Source: Minisyncoccota bacterium (GTDB taxonomy: Bacteria > Patescibacteriota > Minisyncoccia > Phycocordibacterales > GCA-2401445). From it: a stretch of DNA of 64,000 nucleotides. Below are positions 29,321 to 38,252 of the stretch, in pieces. The notes below the pieces were generated by a model. The model ran no database searches. It was given only the letters and a program-made list of their open reading frames with translations, and was not told the DNA's origin. Positions within the stretch are counted from its first letter, which is position 1. Each line of letters begins with the position of its first letter. The DNA lies in assembly GCA_040879725.1 (NCBI GenBank), contig JBBDJV010000015.1, positions 32,127-96,126 on the forward strand, given 5' to 3'. Made by a program: the position numbers and the translations under genes.

Positions 29321-29349
29321 TTGGCTTGTGAACATTTGTTCACTATAGT
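29321..29349 (+). promoter_or_regulatory. lexA promoter with SOS box (GAAC-N4-GTTC)
   Basis: TTGGCT-17-TATAGT. The spacer is filled by the palindrome GTGAACATTTGTTCAC (29328-29343), matching the Gram-positive-type LexA operator. Confidence 0.8.
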
Positions 29350-29358
29350 GTATGTGTC

Positions 29359-29928
29359 ATGGATGATGTATACGAAAAGAAAATATACGAATACTACCTG
29401 CGAGAGAAACGAATTCCCGTGTATCGTGTTATTGCAAAGCTTTGTGGTTTCGCTTCTACAAATGCCGTAAGTCGTTTAGTAACACGGTTGCTCGAGTCAC
29501 GCTTCCTTGAACGTAATTCTCGAGGAAAATTAATTCCCGGAGCGCGTATGGGAAGTGTTCGTTTGCTGGGTCTTGTTGAGGCGGGTTTTCCTTCTCATGC
29601 TGAAGAAGCTGACTTAGACACGATAACCATAGATGAATTTTTAATCGAGAATAGAGAAGCGAGTTATATGTTAAAGGTAAAGGGTGACTCTATGATCGAC
29701 GCTGGTATTTGTCCGGGTGACTTTGTTATTGTAGAGCGAAAGAATACCGCAAAAGTGGGAGATATTATCGTTGCCGAGGTGGACCAGGAATATACGATGA
29801 AATACTTGGCAGAGAAAAATGGAGTGAGATATCTCAAGCCTGCAAATAAAAAGTATCGACCTATTTTCCCTTGTGAAAGTCTAACAATAGTTGCAGTAGT
29901 TCGTTCAGTGATCAGAAAATATGCATGA
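29359..29928 (+). CDS. lexA: LexA-family repressor / S24 peptidase
   Basis: N-terminal winged HTH, Ala-Gly cleavage site (VEAGFPS), catalytic Ser in GDSM and Lys in TMK. Confidence 0.85.
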   Translation: MDDVYEKKIYEYYLREKRIPVYRVIAKLCGFASTNAVSRLVTRLLESRFLERNSRGKLIPGARMGSVRLLGLVEAGFPSHAEEADLDTITIDEFLIENREASYMLKVKGDSMIDAGICPGDFVIVERKNTAKVGDIIVAEVDQEYTMKYLAEKNGVRYLKPANKKYRPIFPCESLTIVAVVRSVIRKYA

Positions 29929-31148
29929 CGCAACGATGCATCTTACATCTTGATGGAGACGGTTTTTTTGCCGGTTGCGAAATGGCGGTTAACCCAAAAC
30001 TTAAAGGAAGAGCGGTTGTTGTTGGTGCCGAGAAGGGGATTGTAACCGCGTTGAGCTATGAAGCCAAAGCACTCGGAATCGCGCGGGGTATGGCTACGTT
30101 TCAGATACGAAAAGACTTTCCTGAAGCGGTGGTACTGCCGGGCAATTACCGCTTGTATCGTGAGTTATCTAAAAGAATGAATGCGATTGTTTCGAGATAC
30201 GCGCACAGGGTTGAGCCATACAGTATCGATGAGTGTTTTGCTGATATTACGGGTATTCCCGAACGTTTTGGAAAAACTCCGGAAAGCTTTGGACGCATGG
30301 TGCAGAAAGTGCTTTTGTCGGAACTAAACGTTTCTTTTTCAATGGGTATTGGCAGTACGAAAGTTCGCGCAAAAACAGCATCAAAACTAGAAAAACCTTT
30401 TGGCTGTAGTGTGTTTGAACTGCGCAAAAATCAAAATAGCTTAATGGCACTACCTGTCGGATCTTTGTGGGGAATAGGCAAAAGTAGCGCGATGGCTTTG
30501 AATGCACTTGGCATTTGGACTGTCGGGGATTTTATGGCAAAGGAGAGGTTTTTTATCAATAATTTTTTTAATAAGCAGGTATGTGAATTATGGAGTGAAC
30601 TGAAGGGTGAGTCGTTGTACGATATTTCAGCTAAGCGTGAGTCTCCTCAGTCGGTAAGCCATACGCGTACATTCACACCAGCAAGTGGATCACTTAAAAC
30701 ACTATGTAGAGAGCTTACGTGCCATGCGGAAGCAGTGGCATTTCGTTTGCGGATGCAAGGTCTCGCTGCACAGGAGTATTCTTTTTTTGTGAAAACAAAA
30801 AGTTTCGAGTATAAAACATTCAAAGTGTCTTTTGTATCACCAACGCATGACGATCATGAAATTGTACCCGAAATACTTAGGTGTTTACGAAATGCCATAG
30901 TGCCCGGGGGAATGTACCGAGCAACCGGAGTTACAGCTCTTGGTGTTGTTCCGTCTATTGCTGTGTCGGGGAATATGTTTGCGCGAGAAGTAAATTCAAA
31001 GGCTCTGTACGGGGCATTTGACCGTATTTTGCGAAGGTATGGCAGTAGTGCAATCATGCTGGCATCCGGAATGCATCCCCAAAGAAAGGCAAAGAAGAAG
31101 TTCGAAGAGCTTCATTTTTCGATACCCTGTATCGGGTATGTGGATTAG
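29925..31148 (+). CDS. dinB: Y-family DNA polymerase (Pol IV/UmuC-like)
   Basis: LHLDGDGFFA, SYEAKALG, YSIDE catalytic motifs, LWGIG HhH; overlaps the lexA stop (ATGA). Confidence 0.85.
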   Translation: MTQRCILHLDGDGFFAGCEMAVNPKLKGRAVVVGAEKGIVTALSYEAKALGIARGMATFQIRKDFPEAVVLPGNYRLYRELSKRMNAIVSRYAHRVEPYSIDECFADITGIPERFGKTPESFGRMVQKVLLSELNVSFSMGIGSTKVRAKTASKLEKPFGCSVFELRKNQNSLMALPVGSLWGIGKSSAMALNALGIWTVGDFMAKERFFINNFFNKQVCELWSELKGESLYDISAKRESPQSVSHTRTFTPASGSLKTLCRELTCHAEAVAFRLRMQGLAAQEYSFFVKTKSFEYKTFKVSFVSPTHDDHEIVPEILRCLRNAIVPGGMYRATGVTALGVVPSIAVSGNMFAREVNSKALYGAFDRILRRYGSSAIMLASGMHPQRKAKKKFEELHFSIPCIGYVD

Positions 31149-31179
31149 TATGACGGGATTCAATGTATAATATAAGGTA

Positions 31180-32166
31180 ATGGTATCGATATTACATATA
31201 CTGATTGTACTTGCGGGAATTTCCGGTTTTTTTCTTGCGTACTACATTCATCACAAAAAAGTAACCAACACTCGATTAGTATGTCCCGTAGGAGCAAACT
31301 GTGAAGCGGTAGTTCATAGTGAATATTCAAGCTTTTTGGGCGTCTCACTTGAGTACTGGGGAATGCTCTACTATGCGTCAATTGTTTTTTCTTACATATG
31401 GATAGGGCTATTGCCTGAAACGGTACCTTCTCTTGTGTATCTGGGAATTATTGCGCTTACTGTGAGCGGCTTTATTTTTTCTTTGTACTTAACTTCAATC
31501 CAAGCATTTGTTATTCGTCAGTGGTGCACGTGGTGTCTTACTTCAGCAGGACTTTCTACTTTGATATTTTTCTGTACCATAGCGGGAAGCATGGAAGGCA
31601 TCGGTTCTCTTATTACAGACAACCTTATGTTGCTCTCATCAATTCACGCACTTTCACTCGCACTCGGAGTTGGAGCAATAACAGTTAATGTTATTTTCCT
31701 CTTTAAGTTTGTGAGTGACTATGTGGTTACTATTGGAGAGTACGAAACACTAAAAACAGTGAACAATATTGTATGGGTGGCACTCGGACTATTTGTTATT
31801 ACTGGTGTCGGGTTACATATCCTTACGCCGATTATTGAGTACGAAGGCTTTTTCTTATTAAAAATGACTACAGCGCTTTTGATAACAATAACGCTCTGGT
31901 TCACACAGTTTGTTATTGTGCCTCAGTTTATGCAGGCTATTACCACAGACGGGGAACCGCCTTCTTCTGTTCGTTCTCAGCTTCACCAAAGAGTATTTAT
32001 TACCGGTAGTGTAAGTCTCGTTGCGTGGTACGCATTATTTGGAGCGAACTTATTTATCCAAGCGGTGCAAAGTGTTACCATTCTTTCTATAGTGTTCTTG
32101 GTTCTTCTTGCGGGTAGCGTGACAGGAGGTTTGGCACTTGAGCAAGTTGTCGCTCATCGGAAATAG
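31180..32166 (+). CDS. Vitamin K epoxide reductase (VKOR) family protein fused to an extra multi-TM domain
   Basis: CPVGANC..V..SEYS..LG loop cysteines and WCTWC redox motif, followed by ~5 more TM helices. Confidence 0.8.
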   Translation: MVSILHILIVLAGISGFFLAYYIHHKKVTNTRLVCPVGANCEAVVHSEYSSFLGVSLEYWGMLYYASIVFSYIWIGLLPETVPSLVYLGIIALTVSGFIFSLYLTSIQAFVIRQWCTWCLTSAGLSTLIFFCTIAGSMEGIGSLITDNLMLLSSIHALSLALGVGAITVNVIFLFKFVSDYVVTIGEYETLKTVNNIVWVALGLFVITGVGLHILTPIIEYEGFFLLKMTTALLITITLWFTQFVIVPQFMQAITTDGEPPSSVRSQLHQRVFITGSVSLVAWYALFGANLFIQAVQSVTILSIVFLVLLAGSVTGGLALEQVVAHRK

Positions 32167-32207
32167 TTCGCGTTACTATTTATTAGTGTAAACGTATTAT
32201 AAGGTAT

Positions 32208-33005
32208 ATGGAAAATAACAATACACAACAAACATGGGTGCGTGTAGCGCATCGACTTTCATTACTCATAACAGTGCTCTCTGTTCTCGCTATTGTCTTT
32301 GTATTCGGTGCTTTTAAATGGTACGGGACTATTGGGGCAGACATTACTCCACAAGCAACTATAAGTGTCAGTGGCGAAGGGAAGGCGTACGCTACGGCAA
32401 ATATTGCTCAGTTTACTCTCACTGTCCGTGACATGCAGGATACGGTTGCTCTGGCGCAAGACAATGCTACAGAATGGAGTAACAATATTGTTGCGTACCT
32501 TCGAGAGCAGGGCATAGCGGAAAAAGACATTAAAACAACCGGCTACAATATTTACCCACAGTATTCATACCCTGAAGTTCGATGTATGGGCAATATATGT
32601 CCACAGCCAAGTAGGCAGTTGGATGGATATGAGGTAAGTCAGTCTATTACGGTAAAGGTACGAAATCTTGATACTGTAGGAACACTGCTTGCCGGAGTTG
32701 GACAGAGAAATGTTGATTCGGTTGGCGGAGTTAATTTCATTGTCGAAGACGAAACAAATGTACAAGCTGAAGCTCGACAGGAAGCGATTGCGAATGCCGA
32801 GGCAAAAGCTAAAACACTTGCAAATCAGTTAGGAGTTAAGCTTGTGCGAATCATTAACTTCAATGAAAACGGCCACACGCCATATTATGCAAAGACTGAA
32901 ATGGCTCAATCGATGTCAGATGGTGCAGGAAGCGTAGCACCATTACTGCCAGTCGGTGAGAATGAGTACCTCTCAAATGTAAGTATTACCTACGAGATAC
33001 GGTAA
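32208..33005 (+). CDS. SIMPL domain protein (DUF541)
   Basis: TISVSGEGKA...DIKTTGYNIYPQY...ARQEAIANAEAKAKTLA...GVKL pattern. Confidence 0.9.
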   Translation: MENNNTQQTWVRVAHRLSLLITVLSVLAIVFVFGAFKWYGTIGADITPQATISVSGEGKAYATANIAQFTLTVRDMQDTVALAQDNATEWSNNIVAYLREQGIAEKDIKTTGYNIYPQYSYPEVRCMGNICPQPSRQLDGYEVSQSITVKVRNLDTVGTLLAGVGQRNVDSVGGVNFIVEDETNVQAEARQEAIANAEAKAKTLANQLGVKLVRIINFNENGHTPYYAKTEMAQSMSDGAGSVAPLLPVGENEYLSNVSITYEIR

Positions 33006-33013
33006 ATAATATA

Positions 33014-33051
33014 GAAAACAAAAAAGCGCCTTCGGGCGCTTTTTTGTTTTC
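33014..33051. terminator. Intrinsic terminator with cUUCGg loop
   Basis: GAAAACAAAAAAGCGCC-TTCG-GGCGCTTTTTTGTTTTC. Confidence 0.85.
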
Positions 33052-33100
33052 ACTATGAAGAATAAATAGAATAAACCTTAGAGAAATCTGTCAAAAAAAT

Positions 33101-33192
33101 TCCTGAGGTTTAACCTCAGGAGACAAGTAACAGATATGACAACCCTCCACAAATACAAAACCCCCAAGTGTACCGATATATCGGTACACTTG
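33101..33192. repeat. Two near-loopless palindromes (REP-like)
   Basis: TCCTGAGGTT-T-AACCTCAGGA (33101-33121) and CAAGTGTACCGATA|TATCGGTACACTTG (33165-33192). Confidence 0.7.
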
Positions 33193-33386
33193 TATTCACA
33201 CGCATAGCTGATTTTGCTTAGGCTGTAATTCAATACAAAGGAATCCCTTTTGTATAGACGGTAAGTGCTGATAGTGTGGGTTATATTTGAATTAAGCCAC
33301 GCATTATGGTGTGGTTGACAACTATACTACATATCTAGTATGATGTGTGTATTAAAGCCCTGCGGGGCATTTTTAATAGGAAATAT

Positions 33387-33719
33387 ATGGGATTATTTGA
33401 ATATATCAGTGAAACACGAGGTGAAATGAAGCATGTGAGTTGGCCGACTCGGAAGCAGACAATCATGTACACTACTCTTGTGATACTTATTTCGGCTATA
33501 GTTGCGATGTATCTAGGTGCGCTTGATTTCTTGTTCAGAGAGGCATTTTTGTCACGTTTGCTTGGTGTAAGTAGTACTCCACAAACATCAACTCCGGCAG
33601 AAACTACTGAAGGAAGCGAAGCGGTGGGAGTTCCTTCTGAGGAGGGAGAATCTTCTGAAGAACCACAGTTTGATATATCAGTAGATGGTACTGAAGTAAC
33701 CCCAACAATAAACGAATAA
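33387..33719 (+). CDS. secE: Preprotein translocase subunit SecE with acidic C-terminal extension
   Basis: EMKHVSWPTRK motif plus one TM; directly upstream of nusG. Confidence 0.9.
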   Translation: MGLFEYISETRGEMKHVSWPTRKQTIMYTTLVILISAIVAMYLGALDFLFREAFLSRLLGVSSTPQTSTPAETTEGSEAVGVPSEEGESSEEPQFDISVDGTEVTPTINE

Positions 33720-33720
33720 T

Positions 33721-34266
33721 ATGTCAAAACAAGCTACAAACAATGAGCGACACTGGTATGCTATTCATACCTATGCAGGGTATGAGAATGCCGTGGTGCG
33801 TAACCTAAAACAGCGTATTGAATCTCTTGGAATGGAAGACAGGATATTCAATGTTCTTGTTCCTACTGAAAAAACTTTTAAAATAAAAGGAAGTAAGCGG
33901 GTTGAGGAAGAAGAGAAGATATACCCAGGGTACGTTCTCGTGGATATGATCGTAACCGATGATTCTTGGTTTGTTGTTAGAAACACTCCTCGAGTAACCG
34001 GGTTCGTTGGTTCAGGGGTACATCCTGTTCCTCTTGATAAGAAAGAAGTAGACATGCTACTTAACCGCATGAGTACCGATACCGTAAAGCATACTATTGA
34101 CCTTGCTGTGAATGATGCGGTAACGATTGCCGATGGTCCGTTTAAGGACTTGGACGGAAAGGTGAGTGAAGTAGATTCCGCACGAGGTAAGGTAAAGGTG
34201 CTTGTTTCAATGTTCGGGAGAGAAACACCTGTTGAATTAGACTTTTTACAAGTTAAGAAGCTCTAA
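33721..34266 (+). CDS. nusG: Transcription termination/antitermination factor NusG
   Basis: WYAIHTYAGYE, YPGYVLV, VRNTPRVTGFVG, MFGRETPVEL. Confidence 0.97.
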   Translation: MSKQATNNERHWYAIHTYAGYENAVVRNLKQRIESLGMEDRIFNVLVPTEKTFKIKGSKRVEEEEKIYPGYVLVDMIVTDDSWFVVRNTPRVTGFVGSGVHPVPLDKKEVDMLLNRMSTDTVKHTIDLAVNDAVTIADGPFKDLDGKVSEVDSARGKVKVLVSMFGRETPVELDFLQVKKL

Positions 34267-34311
34267 GCTTGACGCTGTTTAAATATCTGGTATCTTTAAT
34301 CAACTATACAT

Positions 34312-34737
34312 ATGGCAAAGAAAATACTTAAAAAACTTAAATTACAAATTCCTGGAGGCGCAGCTAATCCTGCTCCTCCAGTAGGTCCTGCGCTTGGACA
34401 GGCGGGAATTAACATTGGTGACTTCGTAAAGAAGTTCAATGACGCAACTCAGGACAAGCGAGGTGATATTATTCCGGTTGTTATTAGCGTGTATGAAGAT
34501 AGAAGCTATGACTTCGTGCTTAAAACACCACCGGCAACAAATCTTATTCTAAAAGCAATAAACCTACAGAAAGGTTCAGGCAAGAATGCAGTACAGAAGG
34601 TAGGTAAAATTACCAAAGCCCAAGTACGCGAGGTTGCTGAGAAGAAAATGGCGGATCTGAACGCAAACGACATTGAAGGCGCAATGAAAATTATCGAAGG
34701 AAGTTGTCGTTCAATGGGAGTAGAGGTTGTACAATAA
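34312..34737 (+). CDS. rplK: 50S ribosomal protein L11
   Basis: [25 protein letters not shown]. Confidence 0.97.
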   Translation: MAKKILKKLKLQIPGGAANPAPPVGPALGQAGINIGDFVKKFNDATQDKRGDIIPVVISVYEDRSYDFVLKTPPATNLILKAINLQKGSGKNAVQKVGKITKAQVREVAEKKMADLNANDIEGAMKIIEGSCRSMGVEVVQ

Positions 34738-34748
34738 TTCAAAAAATA

Positions 34749-34785
34749 AAAACAAAAAACCCGCACTTGCGAGTTTTTTGTTTTT
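34749..34785 (+). terminator. Intrinsic terminator after rplK
   Basis: AAAACAAAAAACCCGCA-ct-TGCGAGTTTTTTGTTTT imperfect hairpin. Confidence 0.7.
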
Positions 34786-34816
34786 AGAGTAGTTTTCAGT
34801 GTAGAAAGGAAAAATA

Positions 34817-35233
34817 ATGAAAACAAGTATTTATGTCGGATGTGCATTAACGCACGCTCCGCAAGAGTACCGTGACAGTATTGCAGACTTGAAATGGCGC
34901 CTCGGGCATTATTTTAGAGTAAAGGAGTTTCTTGGCTTAACCGCGGGGGATGAGTTTGCGGTATACCACGAAGATATTCGGTGTGGGGTCGGTGGAGCAG
35001 ATATTTTTGTGGCGTTTGCTGACTATCCTTCAACAGGCCTTGGTCTTGAGCTTGGTGCCGCGTTTTGGCGTTTTCAAAAACCAGTATTGTTATTGTGGCA
35101 GGAGGATGCTGTGGTAACGCGTCTCATAAAGGGAATCGATGACTATCCTCATTTGATACGCAAGACGTACAAGACGCTCAGTATGCAGAGTGCCGGAAAG
35201 ATTATTGTAAGAACAATTCCAGGTTTACTTTAG
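34817..35233 (+). CDS. Nucleoside 2-deoxyribosyltransferase/DNPH1-like protein
   Basis: IYVGCAL, ADIFVAF..PSTGLGLELG, KPVLLL pattern of the NDT fold. Confidence 0.65.
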   Translation: MKTSIYVGCALTHAPQEYRDSIADLKWRLGHYFRVKEFLGLTAGDEFAVYHEDIRCGVGGADIFVAFADYPSTGLGLELGAAFWRFQKPVLLLWQEDAVVTRLIKGIDDYPHLIRKTYKTLSMQSAGKIIVRTIPGLL

Positions 35234-35238
35234 CAACA

Positions 35239-35270
35239 ACCCCGCTTTTCGGAAGCGGGGTATGTTTTTG
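35239..35270 (+). terminator. Intrinsic terminator
   Basis: ACCCCGCTT-ttcgg-AAGCGGGGT then a T-rich tail. Confidence 0.7.
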
Positions 35271-35300
35271 GTATTGCATTGAAAATAGTATGTACATTTT

Positions 35301-35380
35301 ATTTTTACCTAAGCTTAGCTTAGGTAAAAATCAGATTTGTATAGTTTTTATTAAATGCGCACGCCGGCGTGCGCATTTAA
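35301..35380. repeat. Two long perfect palindromes (REP-like)
   Basis: ATTTTTACCTAAGCT-T-AGCTTAGGTAAAAAT (35301-35331) and TTAAATGCGCACGCC|GGCGTGCGCATTTAA (35351-35380). Confidence 0.75.
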
Positions 35381-35411
35381 ATGGCTCTATATAAGCCATA
35401 TTTGACCTACA

Positions 35412-35903
35412 TTATTCTCGCTCGAGGGTGAGCCATTTGAAGGGGGGCGTGTGTTCTGTGTGGTGTTCTTCAGAAATTTTCTTCGTGAAGTTGTCATACG
35501 GGGGAAAATAAGTATCGCCTTGTTCATCACTTTCAATTAAGGTGAGATAGAGCCGAGAGGTTGCGGGGAGTAGCTGTTTATATATTTCTCCACCTCCGAT
35601 AATAAAAATTTCTTGGGACTCTATTGTTCTGGCATAGGCAAGTGCGTCTTCGGGGGAAGGTACAACAACCACGCCAGCAGGCGCGAAATTCGCGTTGCGC
35701 GATATGACGATAGAGGTGCGACCAGGGAGTGGACGTCCGATGGATTCGTAAGTTTTGCGTCCCATGATGATGGGGTGATTCATTGTAAGTTGTTTAAAGC
35801 GCTTCAAGTCACTCCCGATACGCCAAATAAGCTCATTGCCTTTTCCAATAACGCGTGTTTCTTTGCCAAGAGCGACAATCATGCTTACAATAGGTATATT
35901 CAT
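35412..35903 (-). CDS. folA: Dihydrofolate reductase
   Basis: VIGKGNELIW...DLKRFK...IIMGRKTYESIGRPLPGR, IIGGGEIY, GDTYFP. Start reset to MNIPIV. Confidence 0.95.
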   Translation of the reverse strand: MNIPIVSMIVALGKETRVIGKGNELIWRIGSDLKRFKQLTMNHPIIMGRKTYESIGRPLPGRTSIVISRNANFAPAGVVVVPSPEDALAYARTIESQEIFIIGGGEIYKQLLPATSRLYLTLIESDEQGDTYFPPYDNFTKKISEEHHTEHTPPFKWLTLERE

Positions 35904-35919
35904 TTGGTAATAGTAACGT

Positions 35920-36411
35920 ATGGATAAAGAAAAGTACAAGCGACCATCCTGGGATGAATATTTCATGGGATTGGTAAAAGAAGTAGGTACTCGAGCAACT
36001 TGTGATAGAGGAAGATCTGGTTGTGTTATTACTCGTGACCGAAGAATACTTTCCACTGGTTATGTTGGAGCTCCATCTGGGTGTAAGGATTGTGATGAAG
36101 CAGGGCATGAGATGCATACCGTAACACATCCAAATGGTAAAACATCACAACATTGTATTCGAACGAGTCACGCTGAAGCAAACGCCATAGCGCTTGCCGC
36201 GAGGAATGGAGTGATGCTTGATGGTGCGACTCTTTATTGCAACATGACACCTTGTTATGCTTGTGCAAAGATTATTATCAATGCTGGTGTTGTACGAGTT
36301 GTCGTTCGTACCGATTACCATGCAGGAGAAAGAAGTAAAGAAATTTTTAAAGAAGCGGGAGTTGCTTTTGAAATGACGGAAGGAGGTATGGAAACATATG
36401 ATAACCAGTAA
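35920..36411 (+). CDS. dCMP deaminase family protein
   Basis: RPSWDEYFM, RATCDR, HAEANAI and PCYAC zinc motifs. Confidence 0.9.
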   Translation: MDKEKYKRPSWDEYFMGLVKEVGTRATCDRGRSGCVITRDRRILSTGYVGAPSGCKDCDEAGHEMHTVTHPNGKTSQHCIRTSHAEANAIALAARNGVMLDGATLYCNMTPCYACAKIIINAGVVRVVVRTDYHAGERSKEIFKEAGVAFEMTEGGMETYDNQ

Positions 36412-36413
36412 TT

Positions 36414-36728
36414 ATGATTGATATAAAAAAATTACAAAAAGAAGTTTTTCAAAACAAGATTGAAAAAGGTTTTAATACCACAGATGTAGCTCTTGAGTTT
36501 TGTCGCGCACACGAAGAGCTTTCAGAAGCGTTTAAGAAATATAACCAAAAGGAAGCCGGTGTTGCTGAAGAGCTAGCTGACGTCGCAATTTTCCTACTTG
36601 GCATGGCTGAGATCCTTGGGTTTGATTTGGAGTCAGAACTAACACGAAAAGTAGAAATAAATAAAAAAAGAAAATATAAGAAAGTAAATGGAGTGTTAGT
36701 GCGAGAAAAAACAGATATTGACCCGTAG
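36414..36728 (+). CDS. MazG-like nucleotide pyrophosphohydrolase
   Basis: EELSEA...EELADVAIFL all-alpha NTP-PPase motif. Confidence 0.85.
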   Translation: MIDIKKLQKEVFQNKIEKGFNTTDVALEFCRAHEELSEAFKKYNQKEAGVAEELADVAIFLLGMAEILGFDLESELTRKVEINKKRKYKKVNGVLVREKTDIDP

Positions 36729-37571
36729 CTACACAATCATCTTCGCTTTGATAGGGTCGTGGTGTTTGTAGTTTTCAAGTTTGATATCGTCCATGGTGAA
36801 CGCGTCAATATCAGTGATGTCTGGGTTAAGCCATAGTGTCGGAGGTGTTAAAGGAGTACGAGAAAGTTGTTCTTTTACTGCGTCAAAATGTTCGTGATAA
36901 ATATGAGCGTCGTTCAAGGTGAGTATGCATTCATGTGCTTTTTTGCCTGTTACTTGTGCCACCATTGCGAGCATGAGGGCATAGGAAGCGATGTTGAAAG
37001 GAACTCCCAAGAACATATCACAACTCCTCTGTATCATGTGAAGTGAAAGTTTGTCGTCGTGTACAAAAAACTGGAACATCATATGGCAAGGAGGAAGTGC
37101 CATGTCGTCCATTTCGCCCGGGTTGAACGCGGTAACAAGTAGTCGTCTGTCGTGTGGGTTTGTTTTTATCTTCTGAATAACTTCCGCAAGTTGATCAACC
37201 GTTGTTCCGTCCGGCTTTTTCCATTTTCTCCATTGTATTCCGTACACTCGTCCAAGATCTCCATCAGACTGAGCTTTTGGCTTCCAATAGTCTGATTCCG
37301 CATTTGCGGTCCAGATTGTTGAATCTTTACCGACAAGTTTTTTTAGGTCGTTGTCATTCATGCGGTCTTTTTTCCCGCCTGCTTCAATAAACCAGAGTAG
37401 TTCACTTTTTACTGCCTTAAACGCAAGCTTTTTCGTGGTAACTGCAGGGAAGCCATCTTCCATGTTAAAGCGCATTTGAATAGCAAATAACGCTCGAGTG
37501 ACCGCATTTCTTGTTTGTCTGTCGTGTCCTTCATCAAGGATGCGCTTGAGTACATCATTATATATTTTCAT
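36729..37571 (-). CDS. thyA: Thymidylate synthase
   Basis: TTKKL, ELLWF, LGRVYGIQWR, MALPPCH, QRSCDMFLGVPFNIASY, DAHIY. Confidence 0.97.
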   Translation of the reverse strand: MKIYNDVLKRILDEGHDRQTRNAVTRALFAIQMRFNMEDGFPAVTTKKLAFKAVKSELLWFIEAGGKKDRMNDNDLKKLVGKDSTIWTANAESDYWKPKAQSDGDLGRVYGIQWRKWKKPDGTTVDQLAEVIQKIKTNPHDRRLLVTAFNPGEMDDMALPPCHMMFQFFVHDDKLSLHMIQRSCDMFLGVPFNIASYALMLAMVAQVTGKKAHECILTLNDAHIYHEHFDAVKEQLSRTPLTPPTLWLNPDITDIDAFTMDDIKLENYKHHDPIKAKMIV

Positions 37572-37631
37572 ATAATTATAATAGCATATCCCATTAAAGC
37601 CTTATGTTTCGCCATGTGTTACTATAAGGAG

Positions 37632-38252
37632 ATGAAAAAAGGACTATTTATCGTTATGGACGGGTGCGAAGGGGCAGGGAAAAGCTCAATGATTGAGGTT
37701 TTGAAAGAACATTTTTCTGAGAAGAACTTCCTATTTACACGCGAGCCGGGTGGGTCGCTGTTTGCTGAACAGATACGGACACTCATGCTTTCTCCTGAAG
37801 CAAAAGAAGCGAGTGCGGAAACTCAGTTTGGGTTAGTGTGGGCTGCACGGCACGACCACGTGACACAAACCATTGAGCCTGCTCTCCAAGAAGGACTTAC
37901 GGTAGTGAGTGACCGGTTTGATTCTTCTACATTTGCATACCAACTGTATGGCCAGAAAAGTCTACATTTAAGAGAGCACTTTTGGAATACGCGAGACGTG
38001 TATTTAAAGCACACCGTGCCAGACCTCTATGTATTCTTTGATGTTGATCCAAAGGTGGGAATGGAGAGGGTGCAGAAGCGAAAAGGAGAACGGACGCACT
38101 TTGATGAGCGTGATCTAAGTTTTCACAATGAAGTAAGAAAAGGATTTAAGGAGTTCTTAACGCAAGTTCCGAGTGTTGTTATTGATGCGAATAAAACGCA
38201 AGAAGAAGTAAAGAAACTTTTTATAGCAGAGATAGAAAAAATAATGCAATGA
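37632..38252 (+). CDS. tmk: Thymidylate kinase
   Basis: DGCEGAGKS P-loop, TREPGG, SDRFDSSTFAYQ. Start reset to MKKGLF. Confidence 0.93.
   Translation: MKKGLFIVMDGCEGAGKSSMIEVLKEHFSEKNFLFTREPGGSLFAEQIRTLMLSPEAKEASAETQFGLVWAARHDHVTQTIEPALQEGLTVVSDRFDSSTFAYQLYGQKSLHLREHFWNTRDVYLKHTVPDLYVFFDVDPKVGMERVQKRKGERTHFDERDLSFHNEVRKGFKEFLTQVPSVVIDANKTQEEVKKLFIAEIEKIMQ

Noticed and set aside
35904-36056. N-terminal extension of folA (similar extensions on tmk, thrC, secE, ABC ATPase, efp, ftsK)
   Set aside because: They overlap neighbouring genes or promoters; family homology starts at downstream ATGs.
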